A program made the translations under genes and the position numbers. A stretch of DNA of 63,140 nt, the filler included, from Asterionella formosa (taxonomy: Eukaryota), in the NCBI GenBank assembly GCA_002256025.1. It is 14 parts of 14 records of this genome, joined end to end, with 100 filler letters (N's around TTAATTAATTAA, not from the genome) between each part and the next. Parts side by side here need not be neighbours in the genome. Positions count along the whole stretch, not along the records: positions 1 to 22,601 come from NKIB01002670.1; 13 more parts are not named here. One strand, written 5' to 3'. The notes beneath the pieces were generated by a model, which ran no database searches, was not told the DNA's origin, and was given only the letters and a program-made list of their open reading frames with translations. Shown piece after piece: positions 1 to 10,788 of this stretch. Numbering within the stretch: the first letter of the stretch is position 1; every line of letters begins with the position of its first letter.

Positions 1-170
1 GTCTTTTATGTAGCTTGCATGCAAGCTGCAATGATGAATGTGTGCTGGATCTGGCGACCCTAAGCGCGAACTCCAGTCGTTAACTGCAGCTTGCTCTGTG
101 CAACACTGACTCAACTTCACCTCTACTCCTTTACGTATCAACCCACGGGCCAAATCTTTGTGTCGCTCAG

Positions 171-3100
171 GACTCGGGGGGCATTGGCTTCGACGATCAC
201 GGCGGCGAACTCGAACTATTCGACCTCAACTTGACAAGCTCCGAGAGCTCGGCGCATGAACCAGTCGTTGTGGGGACCATCAAGACCTCCACGCGATTCG
301 CTAGCATTGCTTGGAGCACGTCGCCAAACAACAGCTTTCCGCTGGGGATAATTGCTGGGGGCATGATTGATGGATCTGTACACATTTGGGATCCACACGC
401 CATTCTCAACGGCGAGCCAGCGCTGCTTGTCACCATCAAGGAACACGGGCACGGAGCGGTCAAGGCGCTGCACTTCAATTCGATCGAAACACACATGTTG
501 GCCACGGGGGGATCGGAGGGTCAAGTCGTTATTGTTGACTTGTCTAACCCACGGCAACCGGTAACGTCCTTGCCTGCAGGCGCTCCAACCAAAGGAGCTG
601 AAGTCACTCAAGTGGCTTGGAACTCGCAAGTTGCGCACATTGTCGCTGCTGCTGGAAGTGATGGATTAGTCACTGTGTGGGACTTAAAGTCGAAGCGACC
701 TTGGTGCGAGCTCCGGGCGGACATGATGTCCATCTCAGCCATGGCCTGGAATCCTACGGAGGGATTACACCTAGTGACAGCGTCTGTGGATGACCGCAAT
801 CCACTGTTGAAACTATGGGACCTGCGAGCATCCACGACCATGCCCTTGGCGACATTGCAGGGGCATTCGCAAGGGATTCTTGGACTTGCGTGGTGTCCTC
901 ATGATGATAGCCTTTTATTGTCGTAAGTACTACCTAGAAACGACGACACCTGCAAACGCATCTTTGAATACTAACTTATTACCTATTTCTTCGGACCTAC
1001 ACACACACAGCTGTGGCAAGGACAATCGAACCATCCTTTGGGATTTGTTTACCCTGTTGCCTATTGCGGACATTCCGAATGAAGATCATGATACCATCAA
1101 CCCTGTGACAGTGCAATCCGCGTCGGATTTATATGGAGGTGGTGGGGTCAGATCGTCGCAGCAACGACGATACGATGTTCAATGGTCACCGATGAAGCGC
1201 GGTGTGGTTTCGACATGTTCCTTTGATCGAAAAGTGCAAGCACATTCCGTCATGGGTTTGGCTACCAAGTGCGGGCGCCCACCTAAATGGCTAAAGCCTG
1301 GGAGTGGAGTTTCATGTGGATTCGGAGGAACTGTGATTTCGTTCTCGTCGACGGACAAGGGCGTGAAGATTTCGACTGCTGTGGAAGAACCATCACTGGT
1401 CAACGCATCCACAACTTTCGAGATGGAGATTGCCAGTATGAATGTTATTGACTACTGTCGTGCCAGGGCCACTACAGCCAAGGATGCAAATGACGCTCAG
1501 ATGTGGGGTTTTATGCAGGTTCTTTTCGGTAAGTGCAAGTCGGCGATGCTGAGTATCGTCGGAATACAACCCTCTAACTTTGATGTCATTTTACCAGAGA
1601 CAAATGGGCGGGCTGAACTTGTCGAGCATTTAGGATTCCACAAGGATGAAATTGTTAAGGCTGCAGCCGAGTTTACAGAGGACCCTAGAAATGCTATCGA
1701 AGCAATGTCGCTAAGCGATAAACCTTCCAAAATGACACCTGGCACCGAGGAAGCTATCAAGCACGCATTGCTAGTTGGTGATTTTGCCGCAGCAGTAGAA
1801 TGTTGTCTTCGAACTGGAAACATGGCAGATGCCTTGCTTCTCGCNNNNNNNNNNNNNNNNNNNNNNNNNNNNNNNNNNNNNNNNNNNNNNNNNNNNNNNN
1901 NNNNNNNNNNNNNNNNNNNNNNNNNNNNNNNNNNNNNNNNNNNNNNNNNNNNNNNNNNNNNNNNNNNNNNNNNNNNNNNNNNNNNNNNNNNNNNNNNNNN
2001 NNNNNNNNNNNNNNNNNNNNNNNNNNNNNNNNNNNNNNNNNNNNNNNNNNNNNNNNNNNNNNNNNNNNNNNNNNNNNNNNNNNNNNNNNNNNNNNNNNNN
2101 NNNNNNNNNNNNNNNNNNNNNNNNNNNNNNNNNNNNNNNNNNNNNNNNNNNNNNNNNNNNNNNNNNNNNNNNNNNNNNNNNNNNNNNNNNNNNNNNNNNN
2201 NNNNNNNNNNNNNNNNNNNNNNNNNNNNNNNNNNNNNNNNNNNNNNNNNNNNNNNNNNNNNNNNNNNNNNNNNNNNNNNNNNNNNNNNNNNNNNNNNNNN
2301 NNNNNNNNNNNNNNNNNNNNNNNNNNNNNNNNNNNNNNNNNNNNNNNNNNNNNNNNNNNNNNNNNNNNNNNNNNNNNNNNNNNNNNNNNNNNNNNNNTCC
2401 TGAAATTTCAATTGTGTTTGCAGAATACTCGCGTCTCTTGTCTGAACAAGGTCTTCTGATCACAGCATCTAAGTACAGCAAGGTTATCTCAGAGGACAGC
2501 ATCCTCCTTCGGGATCGTCTTTATCGAAGCCGCGAGTCGGGCTATTGCCTTGCCGCTCTGGGCGGTTCACCTGATTTTCCATTCCAGATGGCAAACATTA
2601 GCAGGGCCCCAGCCGATTTTAATCCAGCTAACCCTGCGCACTCAGTGCAAGCAGCTCATCTCCCACAGCAGGCACATTCCCAACAAGCATCCCTAAACGC
2701 ATCATACACAACTGCGGTAGCGCAGCAACCAACTGTTCCGCAAACGCAGAACGGAGGCGCAGATCAGCTTGCAGATGGTTGGATAGCATTGCAAGATCCT
2801 TCAAGTGGGCGAACCTATTATGCCAACCAGGCAACGGGACAGACAACTTGGGAAATGCCTCAAGCAGCTCCTGCTCTAGTGGCACAACAGCCAGTGGCGT
2901 ATTCCCAGCCACATGTGCAACATCAGACACAAACTGTAATTCATCAGCAACAGCCTGCTCAGGCCATGCAGCAGCAAGTAACAAATGGGACATCATCCAC
3001 CCCGTCCAGGCTCGCTTCAAAATACGGTGATGGTTTTGTCACTTCCGCTTCTCATCCAGCCCTTGCACAACAATATGGAAACGTTGGTACTAGTAATCCG

Positions 3101-3535
3101 TACACCGGTGCCGAACGTCCTGGAACTGCCGCTGCTGTTTTGGCTCCGACAGCAGTAGGAGCTAAACCTCCAGTTTCGGGAACTTTTGATCCTGCAAAGT
3201 TGTACGACCTTTCAGCAGATCTCCAGCCAATCAAAATCGGTCTTCTTGAATTGGTTGCCCAGTTGAACAACTCCCTACTTGGACCAGCAGATAAGAAACA
3301 AATGTCGGAAGGAGAAAAGGGTATTGCTATCCTTCTGAAGAGGCTCGCTCGCGGTGATATCGACCCTGTTGTTGCTAGCAAGACATCGACGATGGTTACT
3401 GCCCTCCGTAACGGTGATTTTGCTGGTGCTGCATCCATTCAAACAAGCCTTGTGACAAGCGATTGGAGAGAAAACAAGGATTGGCTAAAAGGAATTAAGA
3501 ATGTAATCCAACTTGCAACGAAGAAGCTCCGTTAA
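171..3535 (+). CDS. SEC31: COPII outer-coat protein Sec31 (5' partial; exons 171-922, 1011-1528, 1598-gap-3535)
   Basis: WD40 repeats (IHIWDP, VTVWDLK, LKLWDLR, GHSQGILGLAWCPHD); Sec31-typical PPKWLKPGSGVSCGFGG and LLVGDFAAAVECCL..GNMADALLLA; Gln/Pro-rich linker; C-terminal helical domain ending WLKGIKNVIQLA. Introns 923-1010 (GTAAGT..CAG) and 1529-1597 (GTAAGT..CAG) keep the frame. The acceptor at 170 implies an exon upstream of the window. Gap at 1845-2397. Confidence 0.95.
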
Positions 3536-3781
3536 TTCAGTTTTCAATGGTCTTTGAACGGTGGAACATAAACCTATTAGAAAATCTTATAGTTTCCGTG
3601 GCACGTATGATGTATGTATTCTTGAGTACCGGTAGTTTACGTGCAAGGTTCTTTGGGTAAAAGATTGCTGATACTGTCTTTCAGCAGGTGAAAAAAAGCA
3701 TTTCAGAAACTTGAGTTCTGATTTAACAGCAATAACTAGACTACTAAAGTCATATTCGCTTTGAACGAATTATAATTCGGC

Positions 3782-4621
3782 TTACATCTTTGACTGTGTC
3801 GTCTTTTGAAGGCATACATGTATAAATGAATCCAAAGCTTCCTGGTATTCATTCTGATGTGTTCGCAAATGTGTACAATGAGGGGACGATGTCCACGATC
3901 TAGAGAAGATTCGATTGTTGCCACAGAGCGCACGTCGATGCTGAATGAGCTCCTCAAGTGGTTGGCTTTGTGTCAAGAGATCATCATGAGAGTACAAGTA
4001 TAGCTGCCGGGTATCCCACGTATCATTTCGCATTTCTTTCCAGAATTGTATTGCTCTCGCCTTTGCTTCCTCCTTTTGTACTGGACATGACCACTGATGA
4101 AGCTTGACCTGAAGTCGTTCGTACCAAGTACAATATTGGAGTGCTTTATCCAGTTCATCATGTTCGCCTGGCATGAAATAAGCAGGACTGGAGTCAAAGA
4201 CAATTCCTCTTAGTTTGGAACGTAGGGATCCCACCATCTCTCTGTCGTCATTGTTCTCGTGCTCGGTGTTTAGAATTGCTCTCACTTGCTCCCAGAGAAA
4301 ACAACCACCATTTGAGAAGCCATGAAAGATCACATCTGAACATTGTGACTTCTTCAAAGCTTCCACCACCTCCCAGCCCAACTCCTGCATCGTCGTTGGT
4401 GGATATTGTATACGTGCGCTTGGAAGAACGCTTCTTTTACAACTCGTTCCAGTCTTCGTAAGGGTCGTTGCTGCGATCACGACCATTTTGGGTGATGCTA
4501 TCCTCGACAGTACGATATGGAAGCCCAGTTTTCGATAAAGTGCTTCATAACGACGCAAATGTTTCAGATGACAACCCAGCCAACCAGCCAGGACCACGAC
4601 GGGACGGCCTGAGACTAGCAT
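3782..4621 (-). CDS. TMEM53: TMEM53/DUF829-family alpha/beta-hydrolase-fold protein
   Basis: Motifs VVLAGWLGC..KHLRRY..LY, FHGFSNGG, GIVFDSSP, LYLYSHDD and SPHCTHLRTH..EY match the family pattern. Confidence 0.88.
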   Translation of the reverse strand: MLVSGRPVVVLAGWLGCHLKHLRRYEALYRKLGFHIVLSRIASPKMVVIAATTLTKTGTSCKRSVLPSARIQYPPTTMQELGWEVVEALKKSQCSDVIFHGFSNGGCFLWEQVRAILNTEHENNDDREMVGSLRSKLRGIVFDSSPAYFMPGEHDELDKALQYCTWYERLQVKLHQWSCPVQKEEAKARAIQFWKEMRNDTWDTRQLYLYSHDDLLTQSQPLEELIQHRRALCGNNRIFSRSWTSSPHCTHLRTHQNEYQEALDSFIHVCLQKTTQSKM

Positions 4622-5990
4622 TGTCTTGCTGAAGAGATTATTCTCATGGTGGTCTCGTCCTGTTTATGATATTTCTTGCAATCATTAGATAGTACATATT
4701 CAGCAAAATCTGTGAACATTGCCTAACATTGGAACGTCCTAGAAACAACGGTTTGGACAATGCTACTACCGGTACCGATATATGTCATCCGGGTACTAAA
4801 GAAAAAAAAGCTAATAAATGCATATGTAAGCCTCAAGCCACCGACACGCCCCTTCCCCCCCAAGCAATGAGGAGAATTCTCTCGCCACAACGACACCAGG
4901 AGCGATCACTAAAATACACAAATACGCTCATAGTTTAGACAAACATGGTATTGCAGCATTTATATTAACGTTCGTTCTAGTAATGGGCACGACTCATATT
5001 AGCAATTACCCTGGGTACCAGTACCACTACCTGGTTACCAGGTACCATATNNNNNNNNNNNNNNNNNNNNNNNNNNNNNNNNNNNNNNNNNNNNNNNNNN
5101 NNNNNNNNNNNNNNNNNNNNNNNNNNNNNNNNNNNNNNNNNNNNNNNNNNNNNNNNNNNNNNNNNNNNNNNNNNNNNNNNNNNNNNNNNNNNNNNNNNNN
5201 NNNNNNNNNNNNNNNNNNNNNNNNNNNNNNNNNNNNNNNNNNNNNNNNNNNNNNNNNNNNNNNNNNNNNNNNNNNNNNNNNNNNNNNNNNNNNNNNNNNN
5301 NNNNNNNNNNNNNNNNNNNNNNNNNNNNNNNNNNNNNNNNNNNNNNNNNNNNNNNNNNNNNNNNNNNNNNNNNNNNNNNNNNNNNNNNNNNNNNNNNNNN
5401 NNNNNNNNNNNNNNNNNNNNNNNNNNNNNNNNNNNNNNNNNNNNNNNNNNNNNNNNNNNNNNNNNNNNNNNNNNNNNNNNNNNNNNNNNNNNNNNNNNNN
5501 NNNNNNNNNNNNNNNNNNNNNNNNNNNNNNNNNNNNNNNNNNNNNNNNNNNNNNNNNNNNNNNNNNNNNNNNNNNNNNNNNNNNNNNNNNNNNNNNNNNN
5601 NNNNNNNNNNNNNNNNNNNNNNNNNNNNNNNNNNNNNNNNNNNNNNNNNNNNNNNNNNNNNNNNNNNNNNNNNNNNNNNNNNNNNNNNNNNNNNNNNNNN
5701 NNNNNNNNNNNNNNNNNNNNNNNNNNNNNNNNNNNNNNNNNNNNNNNNNNNNNNNNNNNNNNNNNNNNNNNNNNNNNNNNNNNNNNNNNNNNNNNNNNNN
5801 NNNNNNNNNNNNNNNNNNNNNNNNNNNNNNNNNNNNNNNNNNNNNNNNNNNNNNNNNNNNNNNNNNNNNNNNNNNNNNNNNNNNNNNNNNNNNNNNNNNN
5901 NNNNNNNNNNNNNNNNNNNNNNNNNNNNNNNNNNNNNNNNNNNNNNNNNNNNNNNNNNNNNNNNNNNNNNNNNNNNNNNNNNNNNNNNNN

Positions 5991-7762
5991 CGCAGTAGCA
6001 GTAGCAGTCGTCGCAAGCAACTCGAACGAGACGAAGACGACGACGAAGAGGACGATGGTTTTGACTTTCCCGGCGAGGAAGACGACGAGGCTGAAGAGGA
6101 CTATCAAGAAGAGGAAGAGCCTATTCGACCCATCAAGAAGCGCCCTCCGCAGTCGTCCACAAGATCTTCTCGAGGCCCACCCCCTCGCGAATCTCGTGGA
6201 CCGCCTCCCCAATCGAGAAGAGCTGCTCCTAGGCATTATGACGATGAAGATGACTTTGATCGCCGCCATGATCCTCGCCGAGGAGGACCGCCACCACGGG
6301 GAGGTCGCTCTTCAGCGGGCCGCCGAGCGGTGGTTCCGTACACAAACCAACAGGTCGGAGCCTTTACCCGTGGTCTTACCGCACTGCGCGAGGCACTTCC
6401 AGATCCTGGCGCTGTCCGCGACGCTGCCCTGTCGTCCATTACAGCAGCGCGCGAGACAAGTTCCAAACTAACAGCCAATATTTACCGGGATATAAAGGGA
6501 TTAACATCGTCAGAACTTGAGCAAGTCATGCTCAAGGCCACCCGTCCCGACGATAGTCCTGTCAAGGGAAAACATGTCGAGCGTCTGGTGGGTGTCACAT
6601 ACCAGATTAGTGGCAGATACGATATTTATGATGCTGTGCTCCGCAAGCTCTGGGGGAAAATGGCGGAACGGGATTGGCGAACGACGATGAAGGCTTTATA
6701 CATCCTGCACCGATTTGCTGCGGATGGAGCTCCAGAACACCAGCCAGCATTAAAGGCTCGGCTTCGGGAACTTCGACGTACCCGTGACCCAAAGAGAAAA
6801 GACAAGTATTTCAATTCGAAGCAGATGCTGGCTGGAGACAGCACCGTACGTTGAATTGGTGTGACACGGTTGTTGAGAAGCATCTTTGGTCCTAACCCAT
6901 CCATTTTACAGCCAGAAAACATGAAGTTCCGCGCCTTCTTGTCACGCTATGCACACTATGTCCTCCTTCGCGCTCAGTGCTTTGGTGGGGCTTTTGATGA
7001 AATTGCCAATGAGCCACCCAAAACTAAAAAGGCTCCCAAGCCCGTGACCGCGACAGCACTTCGTTCGGAACACTTGGAAGCTGCAACTATGGTTCTCAAA
7101 GCCGGGGTCGCATGTCTATTGAAAGACGGTGAAGAGTGCGAGAACACAGCACTTTCCGTGGAGCGTGTCGCTTCAGACCTCATTGCCTTGTCAAATGCTG
7201 TGGCTGTTGCGTTGAACCGAGCCCTCAAAGGCACGAATGGCTTGAATGGGGTGGACGCTGCTCTTATTCAAAAGTGGTGTGAGTTTTACAGTCAGGAACT
7301 CTTGCCACAGACTAGATCAATGGTGAAGAAAACCTCTTCCAAATTGGATGCATATGGCTTGTTTTTGCCATCCCGCATGGGAACCACTGTATCACAAGAT
7401 TTGTTGCAAAAAGGCTTGAAAGCGGCAGCGTCCATTGCAGAAGATGATGAAGTCTTAGAGGATGAAATTGCCGACGAGGTGGCTGCTGTTGAGGACGAAG
7501 AAAAGGAAGTCATGGAAAAAGTCAAGGAAGAAGCGAAGGAGGAAATGGAAGAGGAAGATGAAGTTGAAGTTGACAATGACGAAGAAAAAGCTGAAGAAGT
7601 GGATGACTTCGCAAAAGAGGAAGGTAAATGAAATGGGTTATTATGCGGAATTTGAATTTTTTCTATGAATACATACTAATTTCTATTCCTTCTCCTAACA
7701 CAGATGAAGAGGAAGAAGCGTTGGATGATTACGAATACTACGATGATGAAGAAGAAGAGTAG
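5991..7762 (+). CDS. ANTH/ENTH-domain protein with low-complexity termini (5' end in gap; introns 6846-6911 and 7624-7703)
   Basis: LEQVMLKATRPDDSPVKGKHV..DWRTTMKALYILHR and FLSRYAHYVLLR resemble the ANTH fold. Both introns are GT..CAG and keep the frame. The acidic tail ends ..YYDDEEEE-TAG at 7760-7762. Confidence 0.8.
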
Positions 7763-7821
7763 GCTTTCTACTTCTAACCAAATCGTGGGTTGTGCTAGAA
7801 ATAAAGCTTTCCATTGTTATT

Positions 7822-9024
7822 CTATTTCTTGTAGTGAATACTTGGTGGTTCGCCATGGTGAGCTCGCAGCATGCCTGTCCATATCTTGTGCCGTAATAGC
7901 TGTTGCTGCGTTTGGGTGTCGATTGATCGCATGAAATCAATTCTTTCGGGACCTGCTGGAATCTCCATTACTTTTTTCATGAATGAGTCGTTTACCTCCT
8001 TCGCTTCATGCAATGCTTCCTCTCGAGCGTCTTCGTTCATTAACATCAATTGACCTAGAATAGCCTGCTGCAATGTTGCTGCATCTCTGGCCATTGCCAA
8101 GTCTTGACTTAGGTCCCCTCGGCTCGTCGTTTCTTGCTGCCGTGGTGCTCCGATGGACTGACCTTCATTGATTTGATCGGGCGAGACGACCTTTTCAGAA
8201 TATGTGACAGATAGGACTTTCGTGAAACCACCTTCGTCTCTATCTGACAAGTTAGATTCTTGCAACATTGCGTTCGTAATCGCCACTTGCATGTTGTTGA
8301 GGAGCAGTACGAACTGTTCCTCGAGTTCTTCGTCACCAGTGAACTCATTCTGGACCGCTGGTGTGAAAAAGATGCGCTTTATTTCTTCCGTTCCAAAATC
8401 AGCTTCATATCCAAGGGCAGTCATGAGCAAGCGTTGGATCCGTTCCATTCGTTCTGAAGCAAACCTGGGGAGTGCAAGTGTTCCTTCGACGCCAAAAAGA
8501 GGCGCACCGCCCGCCAGGTGAGTGGATGTTTCGTGCAGCTTGACGGAAGTATTGCAGAGTCCCAAAAACTCCAATAAGTCCGATCGTTCAATTTTTCCTG
8601 AACGAATCAAATGCCTGTCGCAGTCTCGTCCTTCCCAATAGCACTCGTGATGAAGGACCAATCGACAATAGGCTCGTCGCGCAGCCTCATTCATATCTTT
8701 ATCGGATACAGCTGGAGGCAGTTTGATTCTCAGCGCGTGCTGGACGTCCTCTAAATGCACTCCATCAAAGCGTGAAATAACTTGGTCGAGACAAGTTTTC
8801 TGTATCTGTAAGACACGCTTCCGTAAATCCGACAAGGTCAGAATTTCTAGCAAATCTTCTCCAACCAATCGACACTCATTCAAGGCACTAGTGGACGATT
8901 CGAAAAAGTCAATCAGCAGAGCCGAGGGTACAGTTCTCATACTAGCGATGTGGTCGCTTGGAGGTGGAGGGACAAGCAAGCGACTGAAATCCTGAACGAA
9001 GAACTTGCACTGCTCAGCCATCAT
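7822..9024 (-). CDS. Hypothetical protein (~400 aa)
   Basis: Long open frame with host-like GC. Probable ATG at 9024, although the start could lie in the 9057-9608 gap. No family recognised. Confidence 0.75.
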   Translation of the reverse strand: MMAEQCKFFVQDFSRLLVPPPPSDHIASMRTVPSALLIDFFESSTSALNECRLVGEDLLEILTLSDLRKRVLQIQKTCLDQVISRFDGVHLEDVQHALRIKLPPAVSDKDMNEAARRAYCRLVLHHECYWEGRDCDRHLIRSGKIERSDLLEFLGLCNTSVKLHETSTHLAGGAPLFGVEGTLALPRFASERMERIQRLLMTALGYEADFGTEEIKRIFFTPAVQNEFTGDEELEEQFVLLLNNMQVAITNAMLQESNLSDRDEGGFTKVLSVTYSEKVVSPDQINEGQSIGAPRQQETTSRGDLSQDLAMARDAATLQQAILGQLMLMNEDAREEALHEAKEVNDSFMKKVMEIPAGPERIDFMRSIDTQTQQQLLRHKIWTGMLRAHHGEPPSIHYKK

Positions 9025-9654
9025 GACCTTCGTGGCTGATGATACCGGTACCAGGANNNNNNNNNNNNNNNNNNNNNNNNNNNNNNNNNNNNNNNNNNNN
9101 NNNNNNNNNNNNNNNNNNNNNNNNNNNNNNNNNNNNNNNNNNNNNNNNNNNNNNNNNNNNNNNNNNNNNNNNNNNNNNNNNNNNNNNNNNNNNNNNNNNN
9201 NNNNNNNNNNNNNNNNNNNNNNNNNNNNNNNNNNNNNNNNNNNNNNNNNNNNNNNNNNNNNNNNNNNNNNNNNNNNNNNNNNNNNNNNNNNNNNNNNNNN
9301 NNNNNNNNNNNNNNNNNNNNNNNNNNNNNNNNNNNNNNNNNNNNNNNNNNNNNNNNNNNNNNNNNNNNNNNNNNNNNNNNNNNNNNNNNNNNNNNNNNNN
9401 NNNNNNNNNNNNNNNNNNNNNNNNNNNNNNNNNNNNNNNNNNNNNNNNNNNNNNNNNNNNNNNNNNNNNNNNNNNNNNNNNNNNNNNNNNNNNNNNNNNN
9501 NNNNNNNNNNNNNNNNNNNNNNNNNNNNNNNNNNNNNNNNNNNNNNNNNNNNNNNNNNNNNNNNNNNNNNNNNNNNNNNNNNNNNNNNNNNNNNNNNNNN
9601 NNNNNNNNACAGTAGGTCCAAAGCTGGTCCTGGAACTGGAAAAACTCAATTAGA

Positions 9655-10698
9655 ATGGGAGCCGGTCAATCATCTCAAAACAAGGCTGCCGGTGTATCGT
9701 CGGTGGGCAAGACAGAGATCCCCGCTGACGACGCATTCTTCACGCAAGCTCGCAACCAGAAGGAAGGAAAGTCAAAAGTCATTGATACGCCAATTATTGG
9801 AGTCGAAGACATAGCCGATGAGAAAGGAGGGTTTCCCACACCGACTGGGCATGAATACGATTTGATGGACAAAATCGCTGCTGCCCTCCCCAACATTATC
9901 GACTCAGAATCGAGGCAGCAAGTCGATGATTACAGGCAAGCCTGTGATGGAGGCAAAGGACCCATGGTGGCATGCTTTGCAACAGCTGAGTACTTGTCTC
10001 TTTTCGAACGAAAGCATCAACTCGCATCGGATTTGTACAGAAATACATGCTTTCGACCAAAAACTGACAAATCTCCAAACGGAATCATGGTGGATGGAAC
10101 CAAGGCCTATCCACCTGGTTGTTTCAACTTAGCACACATGCTCATGACAGGAAAAGGAAGTACCAAATTTGATCGGGGGGAAGCCTATCAGCTCTTCGAC
10201 CGGGCATGTCGTGCTGGCCATGGAGGAGCATGTCATTTACAGGCAAAGATGTTGGCTAGTCCACCTGGTGAACTTGGACCCAATGTTCCATATGATATCA
10301 GGAAAGCAGCAGCTTTGTACCAAAACACCTGTGACGCAGGTGATCCTGTTTCGTGCTTCACTTTGGCCATGATGCTGCTGAGAGGAGACCATGTAGTTGC
10401 AGAAGCAACAAATGTCACTCCAGCGGAAGCTCGAGGGTTGGCTCCTATTCAGAAACGAGAAAATGAAGATGATAGACGCAAACAGGAGGCTGATTGTCGA
10501 AAGGCCTTGCCACGAGATCCGAAGCGAGCGGAGCAGTTGCTACGAAAAGCCTGTCTGGAATCAGGCCATGGAACTGCTTGTCACAATTTGGTAGTAATGT
10601 ACATGCATGGAGATGATGGAATCATGCCAGATCCAGAAAAAGCTAAGGAATTTCAGAAAAAAGTAGACGAGCAACTAAACCAATTCGGTGGATTCTAA
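9655..10698 (+). CDS. Cys-rich Sel1-like repeat protein (COA7/Hcp-like)
   Basis: Repeated A..LF..AC..G...AC..L motifs (GCFNLAHML..G, FDRACRAGHGGAC, TCDAGDPVSCFTLA, LRKACLESGHGTACHNL). N-terminus is MGAGQS. Confidence 0.85.
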   Translation: MGAGQSSQNKAAGVSSVGKTEIPADDAFFTQARNQKEGKSKVIDTPIIGVEDIADEKGGFPTPTGHEYDLMDKIAAALPNIIDSESRQQVDDYRQACDGGKGPMVACFATAEYLSLFERKHQLASDLYRNTCFRPKTDKSPNGIMVDGTKAYPPGCFNLAHMLMTGKGSTKFDRGEAYQLFDRACRAGHGGACHLQAKMLASPPGELGPNVPYDIRKAAALYQNTCDAGDPVSCFTLAMMLLRGDHVVAEATNVTPAEARGLAPIQKRENEDDRRKQEADCRKALPRDPKRAEQLLRKACLESGHGTACHNLVVMYMHGDDGIMPDPEKAKEFQKKVDEQLNQFGGF

Positions 10699-10788
10699 AG
10701 AGTGAATTGAACGATTTCAGCATTTATTAGTGAATTATTTTAGTGATTATTACTCTCTACAACTGCCAACTTTTTTAAATGAGAAAAT

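Noticed and set aside
1497..9814. Long ORFs made mostly of X across N gaps
   Set aside because: Artefacts of translating through gaps; only the flanking segments assigned to genes are supported.
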